Of a stretch of 64,000 bases of DNA, positions 38,070 to 50,812 are shown in pieces. Under the pieces are notes generated by a model. The model saw only the letters and a list, made by a program, of their open reading frames with translations, searched no databases and was not told the origin of the DNA. Source of the stretch: Octopus sinensis (taxonomy: Eukaryota); assembly GCF_006345805.1 (NCBI RefSeq), contig NC_043011.1:46884464-46948463 (forward strand), given 5' to 3'. The translations under genes were made by a program, and so were the position numbers. Every line of letters starts with the position of its first letter. Position 1 is the stretch's first letter.

Positions 38070-38920
38070 TCTCTACATCTATCTTTACCTTTTGTTTTTT
38101 GTAAATTCCAACTATATATGTATATACATGTGGGTATGTATATATGTTTATATATGTACGTCTATATATATTTATGTATATGTACAAGTTTCTGTGCATG
38201 TATTTGCTTTGAAATGTCTTCATACTGACACAATTTCAACAATTATGAACTTATTTACTTCTTCTATGAACAATACACCCACCATAATATGGTTTTTTTT
38301 ATTGGCTTCATGTATGTATAAATATTTCAAATTACAAAAGTGTTGCTGACTGGAAGGGTATCAAGCCATAGAATATTGTGTCATTAAGTCTGATAAACCC
38401 TAGGCAATGTGATTCTAATTCAAAAAGCTTTATGTTGTAAAAGCTCAAGTGTCTGAAAGCTTTATATTTCATTTTAAGATGACTCATGAGGAAAAGATGA
38501 GAGCATTATGAGATTTTCAGTCAAGTAATCTCTCATTTATGCCTTTTATCTAAGCCCTCACTTTACCACTAATCCTTATCTTAATGTAAGAAGTGTGATG
38601 CTGCATGCCTAAAGATTATTGACATTCAATGAGGAAGCTCTTCAAGGAACCAATTTTGAGCTAGAATTATTGCATATATAACAAAGCACAAGAAGGTAGA
38701 AAACATAGCTAAACATTAAAATTATATAAATGTACGTATGTATGTATGCAGGTATATATATATCTGTATATATATATATTTTCCCTTACAATTCTTGAAA
38801 AGTCACATTATGACAAAAACCGGTTTGAATTAATATATATTTATATATTTTATCATTTTCTCATTTCCTTAAAATTTTCTTTCAATTTAGCATTCTGCAT
38901 TTTTACAATTTTTCCTTGCT

Positions 38921-38954
<34 letters not shown>

Positions 38955-39329
38955 GATTCAATAGATGCTGCATGGAAATTTGTCAGTGAACAGGTCGCGG
39001 TCTCAAAGTGACGAAAATATTTTGGCAAATTAAATTTAAATGTTCAAGTGAATCTAATGGTTTTTGTGTGTTTCTTAAATGGCTTATAAACACCTTCCAC
39101 ACTGCAATTGTTTTCGTTCCTGCACACAATCTCAGATCAGGTCACTTGCTATGCAAGTACATCTCCATAATATATATAGATATTTGTTTTATAAAATTAT
39201 TTTAGCATTTTCTACCTTGACTTTTTTTCCATATATATATAAATATATATACGTTTAAATATTTGCTGTGCAAGATTTTTTATGTGAAGTCGTGTGTTGA
39301 AACAGATATTGTTATATTTCGGAATGGTC

Positions 39330-39430
39330 ATTAAAATATTATCCACACATAGATCAGATGCAACAATTAGACAAATTACAGAAGCTCCACACATAATAGA
39401 AAATAAACCTAGCATGAATAGAAAACTAGA
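39330..39430 (+). pseudogene. Penelope GIY-YIG endonuclease C-terminal fragment
   Basis: IKILSTHRSDATIRQITEAPHIIENKPSMNRKLE fits the PLE pattern IL...D...RQI.EA..I....P..N...E. Confidence 0.6.
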
Positions 39431-39761
39431 ATATATATATATCTTTTATCTTTTACTGTGGCTATGCTTGGAGAATTTTTTAGTCAAATGAATCGAGTCC
39501 GATACTTATTCTATTGGTCTCTTTTTCCCAAACTACCAAGGTAGGTGAATGTAAACACACCAGCACCAGTTGTCAAGTTGAAGTACTCACACACAGATAC
39601 ACACACACATATGTATATGATGGTCTTCTTTCAGTTTCTCTCTATCATATTCACTCACAAGGCTATAGTAGAAGATGTGCTCAAGGCGCTACTCAATGGG
39701 ACGGAACCCAGAATCACGTAGTTGGGAAGCAAGCTTCTTACCACACAACCATGTCTATTAG

Positions 39762-39794
<33 letters not shown>

Positions 39795-40069
39795 TATATA
39801 TATAGCCTGAATTTTATCTACTCCATTACTTAAATTTGGATATATATATATATGAATACTATGAGCATCTGACTAATATTTATGAAAGGCATATTGACCT
39901 TGTAGGAATTTGAAATCAGAATATACAGATGTTTGAAATGTTGCTAAACATTTTGTCCAGCACAGTAACTGATCTGCCAGCTTGCCACCTTAATAATAAT
40001 AATAACAATAATAATAATAATAATAATAATATAACAATAATAATAATACTGATAATAATAATAATAATA

Positions 40070-40113
<44 letters not shown>

Positions 40114-40114
<1 letters not shown>

Positions 40115-40654
40115 CAGAAAAAAGATGGTATAGGCACACACCAGAAAAGCTCACAGAAAACGAGAAAGCAACCATACTCTGGGATATGCCGATACACACA
40201 GATAGAGAAATTAAGGCCAACAGGCCAGATATAGTTGTCAGAGATCATGAAGAAAAACAATGCTTTCTAATTGATGTATCAATACCGGCAGATGACAACG
40301 TGTCTCTAAAAGAAATGGAGAAACTCTCAAAATACAAAGACCTGGAAATAGAGGTAACCAGAATGTGGAATCTGAAAACAGAAACAATTCCTATCATAGT
40401 AGGTGCATTAGGCATGATAAAAAAATATTCAGACAAATACATAACAAAAACACCAGGACTTACAAACACATATAACATACAGAAAATTGCACTACTAGGC
40501 ACTGCACACATCCTACGCAGAACGCTTTCCATACAATAACCATCAGAGCATCACAACAAATCACAACACATACCCAAGGCACACAGAGCTGCGCTCGGTA
40601 GTGAAGTGAACGCACGCTATAAAAATAAAACTACTGAATAATAATAATAATAAT
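40114..40654 (+). mobile_element. 5'-truncated R4/Dong-clade LINE (restriction-like endonuclease domain, 3' UTR, TAA tail)
   Basis: Uninterrupted frame 40114-40539: WYRHTPE..ILWDMPIHTDREIKANRPDIVV..LIDVSIP..KEMEKLSKYKDL..PIIVGALG..QKIALLGTAHILRR. (TAA)n on both sides. Confidence 0.9.
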
Positions 40655-41131
40655 GTTGTTGATGATGATGATGATGATGATGATAATTTCTGTCAGGTGT
40701 GAGAAGCTACTAGGTCTGTCATCAAAACCATTTTGTCATCTATCTTCATTTTCTTTTAATTGGTCTTGGGACAGATGATATGGATGTAGAATATCTGGAG
40801 TAAGTTATTTCCTTCTAATTGGTCTGCTGATAAAATGGAACAGTGAAGTAGAGAGTGTGTGGCAAAGAGTAGTGGAAGAAAGAGAGATGAGTGTGGTTGT
40901 GGAGACCTTAGAACTAGGGGTGGTAGGTAGCCTGCTGAATGTATGATATACGGGGGTAAGTGGGTTTGTGATCAACTAGATTCATCCTTACAAGATAATC
41001 ATGGTCTATGGAGTTAGATAGTCATGTGTGTGTGTGTGTGTGTGTGCATGCATATGTGTGTGTTTGTTGTCTACATGTCAGTCTGTATATGTACATGTAC
41101 ATCTGTGCGTTTAATAGGGGGTATGTGGAAG

Positions 41132-41346
41132 TAAGGCGGCGAGCTGGCAGAAACGTTAGCGCGCCGGGCGAAATGCGTAGCCGTATTTCGTCTGCTGCTG
41201 CATTCTGAGTTCAAATTCCGCCGAGGTCGACTTTGCCTTTCATCCTTTTGGGGTCGATAAATTAAGTACCAGTTACGCACTGGGGTCGATGTAATCGACT
41301 TGTTTGTCCTCTCTGAGTGTAGCCCCTTGTGGGTAGTAAAGAAATA
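41132..41346 (+). mobile_element. SINE-C, 16-bp TSD
   Basis: GGTATGTGGAAGTAAG at 41120-41135 and 41347-41362. Confidence 0.88.
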
Positions 41347-41415
41347 GGTATGTGGAAGTAAGTTAAATAACAGAAACAGGAACAAACCGAAACAGGACGA
41401 GTAAAGGAATGAGAA

Positions 41416-41450
<35 letters not shown>

Positions 41451-41567
41451 TGAGAAAAGAGGAAGAAGGAAGAATGAAGGGTGACAAGAGATAAGGAGAA
41501 ATGGAAACAGAATAGAGAGAAAATACGTGAATGCACTCATTAACCTCAGGGTAAGACTAAGACCCAC

Positions 41568-41972
41568 AGAGGCCCTAAGCATTTAAATGATTTTGGAGCC
41601 TTCATATATTCTTTTACTGTTTTACTTGTTTCGGTCATTTGACTGCGGCCAAGCTGGAGCACCGTCTTTAGTTGAGCAAATCGATTTAAGAACATTTAAA
41701 TCCTCGCCCCAGCATGGCCGCAGCTTTCAGGCGAAAACATTTTAAAGGATTTTAAGGATTTAAGGATTTCACTACATTATAGATCTCATCATCATCAACT
41801 CCCATATGGCAGTTAGTCTTCTGACACCTTTGAGATCAGGGTTTGATTATAAGACATAGAGGCCCTAAGCACTTAAATGATTTTGGAGCCTTCATATATT
41901 CTTTTACTCTTTTACTTGTTTCGGTCATTTGACTGCGGCCAAGCTGGAGCACCGCCTTTAGTTGAACAAATC
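41568..41972. repeat. 115-bp direct repeat separated by 175 bp
   Basis: 41568-41682 versus 41858-41972, offset 290. Confidence 0.9.
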
Positions 41973-42095
41973 AAAGCCAGGACTTATTCTCTGTAAGCCT
42001 AGTACTTATTCTATCAGTCTTATTCTATCAGTCTCCATACAATTTCAAAATAAGGTGATTAAAATCAAAATAAGCAACAAGGATATCCAGAGATA

Positions 42096-42330
42096 ATGCA
42101 GTATAATCGTTTCGTGATACTCCATTTAATTGAACAATGCAATCATTTCTTTTACATCAATTTGAAATGTAGAGCAATCTTCAGCTGCACAAAGACATTG
42201 AATTTAATTAAATTAGAAGGACACATTAGTATAATTCTGAACAAACCACCTCAATTCTGGGAAGAGGGTGTTATCAAGCTAAAGGAAAGAAGGAGACACA
42301 TTGTGCAATGAAATGGTTCATATTAAGTTA
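42096..42330 (+). pseudogene. Mariner transposase C-terminal remnant
   Basis: NKPPQFWEEGVIKLKERRRHIVQ*NGSY matches the mariner pattern KP..FY..GI.KL..RW..VV..NG.Y. Confidence 0.6.
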
Positions 42331-42535
42331 ATTAAAAATGTAATGGCAAGTATTTCTTGACCTTTTTCTTTCCTGTAAAAATCAGCACAAACTTTCTTGA
42401 CAACACAATATACATGCGAGTGTGTGTTTAAATATATATGGATATATATAGGTATGTATATATGTATGTATGTATATATCTATATATATATATATATAAT
42501 ATATATATATATATATTATATATATATATATATAT

Positions 42536-42567
<32 letters not shown>

Positions 42568-42579
42568 TATATCTATATA

Positions 42580-42875
42580 TCGAAATCGATCAACATCAAT
42601 GGAAATTGTAGCTGTGATACCAGTGCTGGTGGCATGTAAAAAGCACCAACTGATTGTGGCCGTTGCCAGCCTCGTCTGGCCCCCGTGCAGGTGGCACATA
42701 AAAAGCACCCACTACACTCACGGAGTGGTTGGCGTTAGGAAGGGCATCCAGCTGTAGAAACACTGCCAGATCAGACTGGGCCTGGCGCAGCCTTCTGGCT
42801 ACCCAGACCCCAGTTGAACTGTCCAACCCATGCTAGCATTGAAAACAGACGTTAAACGATGATGATGATGATGAT
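42580..42875 (+). mobile_element. Family B copy. Further partial copies near 630, 10430-10990, 14170, 17090-17470, 35905, 37595, 47105, 54050 and 63762
   Basis: Same consensus. Confidence 0.8.
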
Positions 42876-43464
42876 GTGTATATGTGTGTGTGTGTGTGTA
42901 ATATATATAATAGATGCAATAAATGATTTTATGTGCTACTAATAGTATCTTGTGCTGAGAAAATGCCAAATGATAAATTATAACATGTGTAACATCCCAA
43001 AACAATCATCAGGCACAAACCACATAGTATAATGAACTAAAAATTGCATGATAGAAGATACGTGGAATGCCAAAAGGAAGAGCAACACTGTTCTTTAATG
43101 AGCAGAGCATATAAATAAACCATCAACATAATGCCCAGGAATAAATAACAAAGAACAAATGTGAAATGTATGGTCAAAGGACCCCCAAGGAGTGAAAAAC
43201 TAATGTGTATGTGGTTAAATTAGTGTTGGCATAATTAATGTAGCGAGAACTAAATAGCTAATTAGAAATACCTTTGCAGTAAGAAGACAATATTTGCTCA
43301 ATGATTAATCTCATGTAATGTACATGTAGTTTGTTGTTGTTGCTTTTTTGGGGTCAGGTCATACCTGATTGATCAAAGTTATGATCAAAGGTGTTTCAGT
43401 AATAACATTCATGGTTTTTTTAATTATATGTCAGAGAAAGTGTGTCTCATTATCAAATTATATA

Positions 43465-43676
43465 CGAGGGGGTACTGACAAATTCCTGGCTTTAATGGTG
43501 TCATGAAAGGCCTGCTTGGAAGTTCAAACTACAAAGTTTTTTTACAGGGCTTATAAGAAGTCAAGGGCTGTGGCTCTAAGTGTGTGAATCTGAGAGGGGA
43601 ATATGCTGAATAAAATTGTTGCTAATTAATCCACCTGTATTTTCTTGTACCGAAAGCCAGGAAATTTTCAGCACCT
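43465..43676 (+). mobile_element. Mariner-derived MITE, copy 2
   Basis: TA-CGAGGGGGTACTGACAAATTCCTGGCTTT ... AAAGCCAGGAAATTTTCAGCACCT; right end abuts a SINE-A. Confidence 0.75.
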
Positions 43677-43841
43677 TGTGGCTGTGTGGTAGGAAGTTTG
43701 CTCCCCAACTACAAGGTTCTGGGTTCAGTCCCATAGTTGACAGCTTGGGTAAGTATCTTTTCCTATAGCTACAGGCAGACCAAAGGCCTTGTGGGTGGAT
43801 TTGGTTGACAGAAACTAGAAGAAGCCCGTGGTGTGTGTGTG

Positions 43842-43904
<63 letters not shown>

Positions 43905-45096
43905 AGTATATACATACAAACATACATACATACACACATACATATATATGGCAAAAATTTACCCATTGCACCCAGTACATACATACAAAAAATAAATACA
44001 CACACACATACAAACATTTATATATACATACACATATATATGTATATATACATACATACATATATCTACACATACACACACATATTGTGTATATATATAT
44101 ATATATATATATTTACATACAAATATATATACATATGTATGTATGTGTGTGTGTATATGCATGTGTGTGGGTGTGTTTGTGTATGTGTGTCTTTGTATCA
44201 CTGTTTAGCCCCCTACCACTGCTTGACAACTTGTGTTGGTTCATTTACATCCACATTATTAAATGGTTCAACGAAAGAGTCTGATAAAATAAGTACCAGT
44301 ATTTAAAAATATTAGTACTATTGTCGATTCAGTGGGTTAAAATTCTTCAAGGTAGTGCCCCAGCATGGCCACTACCTAATGACTGAAACATGTAAAGGAG
44401 AAAGAAAAAAGATAGTGTATCTCATTAAGCAGTTATAAGAAGACACAAAATGATTTGAGGGATATTTGGTTACAATTTCTATCAAGTTGGACAACTAAGT
44501 AGAGGTTCCTTTGGTGGCTCATGTACATAGAGATGACAGCCACCAGAGCAGAACAGTAAACCCTCTTCAAGCTATAATCTAAGCAGGCAAAGGTAACCTT
44601 TTTCAAGATGTGGACCACATGAGACATGGTTCGTTATCGGGTAGGTCACACTACTAAAGTAATTCAGGATAATTTTTTGTTAGGCATTTGTTATATATCG
44701 CAATACTACACAGTGGCTGTGTGAGCTATGAAATCCTCATCGCCACTGTTATATCGTATATTTGGATGACCTCTACTCAACTCCTCAATGTCTAGACTTC
44801 TCCCTCTATATCTATCATTGTCTGGGGGCGTCAACAGAAGAGCATGTCATTGAGGAAGGCCCAATGGCCACAGGTAGCCTATAACTGATCTGAAGCTTTA
44901 AAAAAGAACACATCCATTGCATGATAAAGTTCTAGACACACAATTTTTGAATACAAGGTAGGGTTGGTCACTCACACAATGACTTTGATCATAGATCTAT
45001 TGATGGAGGACCACCCAGGGGCTAAACAACGAAGACAACTACAACTAGAGGAAAAAATAGTTGATACTAATCAGTCCAAGTAAGGTTTTCAAAGAT

Positions 45097-45660
45097 ACCC
45101 GTGCCGGTGGCACATAGGGCCTCACAGAGGAAATGACGAAGACCGAGACCTCTGAGATATGCTGTGGCTGCGAAGACCCAACAAATGAAGTGACTCATGG
45201 CTCGCAGGACGAGCTGCTGTGCTAACCTTGGATCGTAGAATGACCCGCTGTTCTTGAGGAGACCTATTGAGTCAAGTACGTCAACACCAACATCAAAATA
45301 AAAATCAAATGGAAATTGTAGTTAAGATACCCGTGACGGTGACACATAAAAAGCACCATCTGAATGTGGCTGATGCCAGCGCTGCATTAACAGGCTTCTG
45401 TGCCGGTGGCATGTAAAAAGCACCAACCGATCGTGGCCGCTGCCAGCCCCCCCTGGCACCTGTGCCGGTGGCACGTAAAAAGCACCCATTACACTCACGG
45501 AGTGGTTGGCGTTAGGAAGAGCATCTAGCTGTAGAAACACTGCCAGATCAGACTGGAGTCTGGTGCAGCCTACTGGCTTCCCAGACTCCGGTCGAACCGT
45601 CCAACCCATGCTAGCATGGAAAACAGACGTTAAATGATGACGATGAGGATGATGATGATG
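45097..45660 (+). mobile_element. 5'-truncated RTE LINE (ORF end plus family-B 3' UTR) with 24-bp TSD
   Basis: TSD AGTCCAAGTAAGGTTTTCAAAGAT at 45073-45096 and 45661-45684; GLTEEMT(K)DRDL*..A RTE C-terminal trace; (GAT)n tail. Confidence 0.8.
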
Positions 45661-46089
45661 AGTCCAAGTAAGGTTTTCAAAGATGAATACAGCAAAAGAA
45701 ACAAATTTATTTATGAATAAATAAAGACATTTTCGAGTGAATTAAATATTCGTTTTCACCTGATCACATGATGCAGATTCAGCTCAGGCATCATATTAAT
45801 ATCGCTGATAACTAATTAAAAAATAATCGACCAGCTTCCTTACCGTTATATTTTCACTTTTTATATTTTTTTAATCTTTTTTTTTTTACCAATTTTTAAA
45901 AAAATTGTGATTTTACACGTATGTGTGTCTACATGCCTGGGTGTATATGTGTATGTATATGTGCGTTTGCATATATAAAACTGCATGTTTTTCTGCCTTA
46001 TGTAAAGTAGTTGCCTATCGTTAGTTGGTTCATTGGTTCGGTTTGGTTTATTCGTTGGTTTCATTAAAGCTGTTGCAACAGGAATTATT

Positions 46090-46103
46090 GTTCCCTTGGC
46101 AAC
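46090..46103. promoter_or_regulatory. RFX X-box-like motif in a candidate promoter region
   Basis: GTTCCCTTGGCAAC fits RYYNYY-WW-RRNRAC; lies in unique DNA with visibly more CpG than its surroundings (not counted). Confidence 0.3.
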
Positions 46104-48184
46104 TGCTCGCTGGGTTATTTTTCTGCTTCTAATGATGTTGTCAGAGCTTGAGGACTTTACAAGTTCATTCTATTGACATGTGTTCTCTAAGGAATGTATT
46201 AATCAGGGAATCGTAGTAATGACAGCAGCAACAGAAGCAGCGTTTACTTTTTACCATTATTTTGATGAATTTAATATTTTTTTTCTCTATATTATCACGT
46301 TTTTTTTCTTTTACAATTATTTTGTTTTTGGTTTTTATTTTGTTGTTGTTGTTGTTGTTGTTGGGGGTGTTGGTGTTATTAGTGCTGATGATGTTTTATG
46401 AGAAATTACTTGTGATTTAAAATGAAGAAAGAAGAAGAACAACAAAACATGGAAGATGACACAGAACAACAACATCAGCAATAATGCTGCGCTCATGCTT
46501 CAGGGACTCCCAGGCACATGCAACTGCCGATAATTTGATAATTCTTTCATTTATTTATCACAGGGATCCCTGCGGTTATATAGCAAATGTATTACAAAAT
46601 GCAGTTACAGGTCATGTGTGTATGCACATACATAGTGGTGTGGGTGCCGTACTCACAGTCGTGAGGTCTTGATTTCAATTCCCAAACTTGGCAGTGCATT
46701 GTGTTCTTAAGCTAAACTTCTAGCAGTTGAATTGACTGCATTGAAACTTTCTTGTTTAATTAATTTTCTGTTTAAAGTCAGTGAGTAGATGTAAAAAAAA
46801 ACAACCAAAATACCCTAGTGAATAAGAAACAGGGTTTTGTTTCAGCATTACATTTTAGGTTCAAATTCCAATGTGGTTGAATTTTCCTTTCATCAGTTGT
46901 AGGAGTTGATAACATTGATGTTATTATTGTTGTTGTTTAGGCAACCATTGATCAAGCAGGCCTATATTTAAAGACCCCAGGTGTCTTTCAGGAGCATATC
47001 AAGAACTTCATTCGAGGAAAGTGGTAAGTTACCTCTGTCATTAATTCATTAAAGGACAACCTTATTTAACATGATTCCGAGATTCAGTTGGCTTGGGTTA
47101 TATATCATCATCATCATCATCATCGTTTAACGTCTGTTTTCCATGCTAGCATGGGTTGGACGGTTTGACCAGGGTCTGGGAAGCCAGGAGGCTGCACCAG
47201 GCTCCAGTCTGATCTGGCAGTGTTTCTACATCTCGATGCCCTTCCTAACACCAACCACTCCGTGAGTGTAGTGGGTGCTTTTTATGTGCCACCGGCACAG
47301 GTGCCAGGGGAGGCTGGCAGCGAACGAAAATCCATTGAAATGTTGGCTTGACATTTAGCAATGGTTAATTATACCTCAAAGGTTGGCAATGAGCTCTTTC
47401 GCTTGGGTTGAAAACCACTGAAAAGCAGTGTTTCAATAAAACATATTCATTGGTTGTGAACCTTGTACCACACATGTGATAGAATGATGCACACTCTTGC
47501 ATCAATTATATTTCAAAAATGTAGGACTTTGGGGAGTTACGTCAATAAGTACATCTGTGATGTTTGATTCAGTCCTGCCACACCAAGATCTACTTTGGAA
47601 TTTATTTGTGTGGTGTGTAGGATTGTGAGCTCTGGGGAGGAGTATGAGCGGGCCTGACTTAAGACTCTTACAGACCCACTGTCAAATCAGTGCACTGAGC
47701 ACTATAGTATATATTTATTGACACCTAGCTACAATGTATATAAATCAGAATTAGGCCCCTAGAACAGTGAGGACCTGGACAGCTTCCCAGTGTGCTCCAT
47801 GTCTTTGAACAGCACTGAATATGATTTCTGTTTTCATTGTGGTTACTAAATGACTAAAAAAGAGACTTCCTTATCTAATATATCCAGCCTGCTTTAAAGA
47901 TGATATGGTATTAAGAAAATTGTGGTTGCAATTTCTAGCATGTTTAAAGGCTCCAAAGCAAGTCCTTTGTTAGCTCAATAAAACAGCTGTACTCTGATGT
48001 CAATTTAATAAAATATGTGATAGTTTTGTAAATTAGCCTCAAGCTACATCAAGATTAATTGTACTTTTATGTACTTTTTAATTAATTTTCTCCCCACTCC
48101 CAAAGCTAGATTTTTTTATATTTTAATTATGTATTTTAATAACATATTTATATTTTATCCTCACTGACTCCCTAACAACAAAGA

Positions 48185-48302
48185 ATGTTTTTCTATTCAC
48201 CCATTTGGCAATGCTTTAGGAACTATTGTTCCCTTAGTCACACCACAACAAAGATTTTCTTATTTTCCCTGCTTTCCATATTTTCTGGCATTGGTTCTGA
48301 TG
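48185..48302 (+). CDS. Putative first coding exon with signal-peptide-like segment
   Basis: In-frame TAA upstream, AAAGA-ATG context, MFFYSPIWQCFRNYCSLSHTTTKIFLFSLLSIFSGIGSD, phase-1 donor G|GTAAGT. Confidence 0.33.
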
Positions 48303-48587
48303 GTAAGTAATGATAAAATAGAGGTACAACCCTATTGTCTTGCAATGGACTCATTGATTACATATTGGAAAGTAAGTTCTAATATTGAAATTAGAAATTG
48401 ATATTTTTTTATGTGGGGCAAATAAAGAATAGGTGCAGGAGTGGCTGTGTGGTAAGTAGCTTGCTTACCAACCACATGGTTCCGGGTTGAGTCCCACTGC
48501 GTGGCACCTTGGGCATCTTCTATTCCCTCGAGCTAACCAAAGCCTTGTGAGTGGATTTGGTAGATGGAAACTGAAAGAAGCCTGTCG

Positions 48588-48620
<33 letters not shown>

Positions 48621-48626
48621 TATATA

Positions 48627-48662
<36 letters not shown>

Positions 48663-48826
48663 ATATGATTATATATATATACATCCCCTAAAAGAATTGA
48701 ACTCCCATCCAGTCAGTTGAATATTGTATTTAGAAATCTTTTAAGATCATGTGTGTAATGTTTCACTTACGCTTCAAAGGCCAATGATTTTTTAAGTTTT
48801 ATTTATATCAGTTTTTATTATTATTA

Positions 48827-48858
<32 letters not shown>

Positions 48859-48877
48859 GTTATTATTATTATTATTA

Positions 48878-48918
<41 letters not shown>

Positions 48919-50778
48919 GAAAATACAATTTATAATTAATGGTTATGGACAGAATGAAATATATAGGTTAGCCCCAACTTATGTTCTGTGCTTTTGAGAG
49001 AACATCACAAAATGGGTTTCTGTTACTGAAAGTAATTAAAAATTATTGGAAATATTGCTTCTTACAAAATAAGACACTGTACTGGATCAAACAAATATGA
49101 GTATATTAGCTTGCATTGATTACTTGAAATTAATTCAAAGTAACAAGGAATTAAAAAGAGGAATAGAAGAAAAAATACTGTAAGAAATTAGTTGCTCAGT
49201 ATGGTTTTATTTTTTATCCATTCATTTGTTTTTTTGCTATAAATTTTAATTCAATTGATCTAAAAGCCTGATGGTAACTTTTTAAGCACTCACAACACGG
49301 TAGAAGCCTAGAGTTCATATAGAAGATGCGTAAAGGTGACTTAAATGCATGACTCACTGATGTCAGATCTGAAGCATATTGAAATGGAAGCATTCAGTTT
49401 AAAGCTGGGGTAAGCTTCTATGAAGTCAGGTCAGGATTGTGACACAGTTTTGATTTCTGCTGCAATTACTGTTTTACTGTACTTGCTGCCTTTATACAGT
49501 TTATCATAGTCGGTAGATTCAAGCAAGATGATGTCTGTCTAATTCATTGACTTAAAGAACAATGAGATAAACACTATAACAATGTCTATACTAGATAACT
49601 GCTATGTTGTGCATATAATCAGTGAGTGTCTTATTAGTGTCTGTACTAGTAATTAGATTTTACTAGTTCCTGGAAGATAAATGCTCTCAATATAAGGCGT
49701 AGGAGTGGCTGTGTGGTACGTAGCTTGCTTACCAACCACATGGTTCCAGGTTCAGTCCCACTGCGTGGCACTGGGCAAGTGTCTTCTACTATAGTCTCGG
49801 GCCAACCAAAGCCTTGTGGGTGGATTTGGTAGACGGAAACTGAAAGAAGCCCGTCGTATATATGTATATATGTGTGTGTGTGTGTATGTGTGTGTGTGTG
49901 TGTATGTGTGTGTGTGGGTGTGTATGTTTATGTATTTGTCTCCCCCCCCCAACATCGCTTGACAACCGATGTTGGTGTGTTTAGTGGTTCAGCAAAAGAG
50001 AACGATAGAATATTCACTAGGCTTACAAAGACTGGATGATTACAGTTAGTATAACTTTGATCATTGGTCTGCTCAATTTGGTCAGACCTGGAGTTAAACA
50101 ACACTGGACATACAACTGCTCATCTATAGTAGTAAGATTTGAAGACATATCCATGTAGTACAACTTTGAAGTTCATAAATATTTTGTCTTATATCTAAAA
50201 GATGGACACATTCACGTACAAGTTATTCAGATCCTTAAACTCAATAGCTATCTTGCCTTATGTCTAAGATTTGAACACATCCCCATATAGTAAATTATAT
50301 ATTACTTCAAACCACATATCAGTTTTGCCTTAAATGGTATTCTGTCAGTTATGATGACAAATGTTCCACTTGATCTAATCAACAAAACAGCCTGATCATG
50401 AAATTAATGAGCAAGTGGCTGAGTACTCCACAGACATGCATACCCTTAATGTAGTCCCCAGAGAGATTCAACACGACAGTGAATGTGACAAAGCTAGCCC
50501 TTTGAAGTACAAGTACAACTCATTTTTACCAGCAAAGTGAAATGGAGTGACATGAAATAATGAGACTTGCTTAAGGACACAGTGTACTGCAGGGTATCAA
50601 ACTTGTGGCCTTACAATCATGAGCCAAATATCCCTAAGCACATTACCTTACGTTACCTAAGTTATGGGGACGTAAACACACCAGCATCAGTTGTCAAGCG
50701 ATGTTGGGGGGACAAGCACAAACACACAAACATATATACACACACACATATACATGCATGCATGCATGCATGCATACA

Positions 50779-50812
<34 letters not shown>

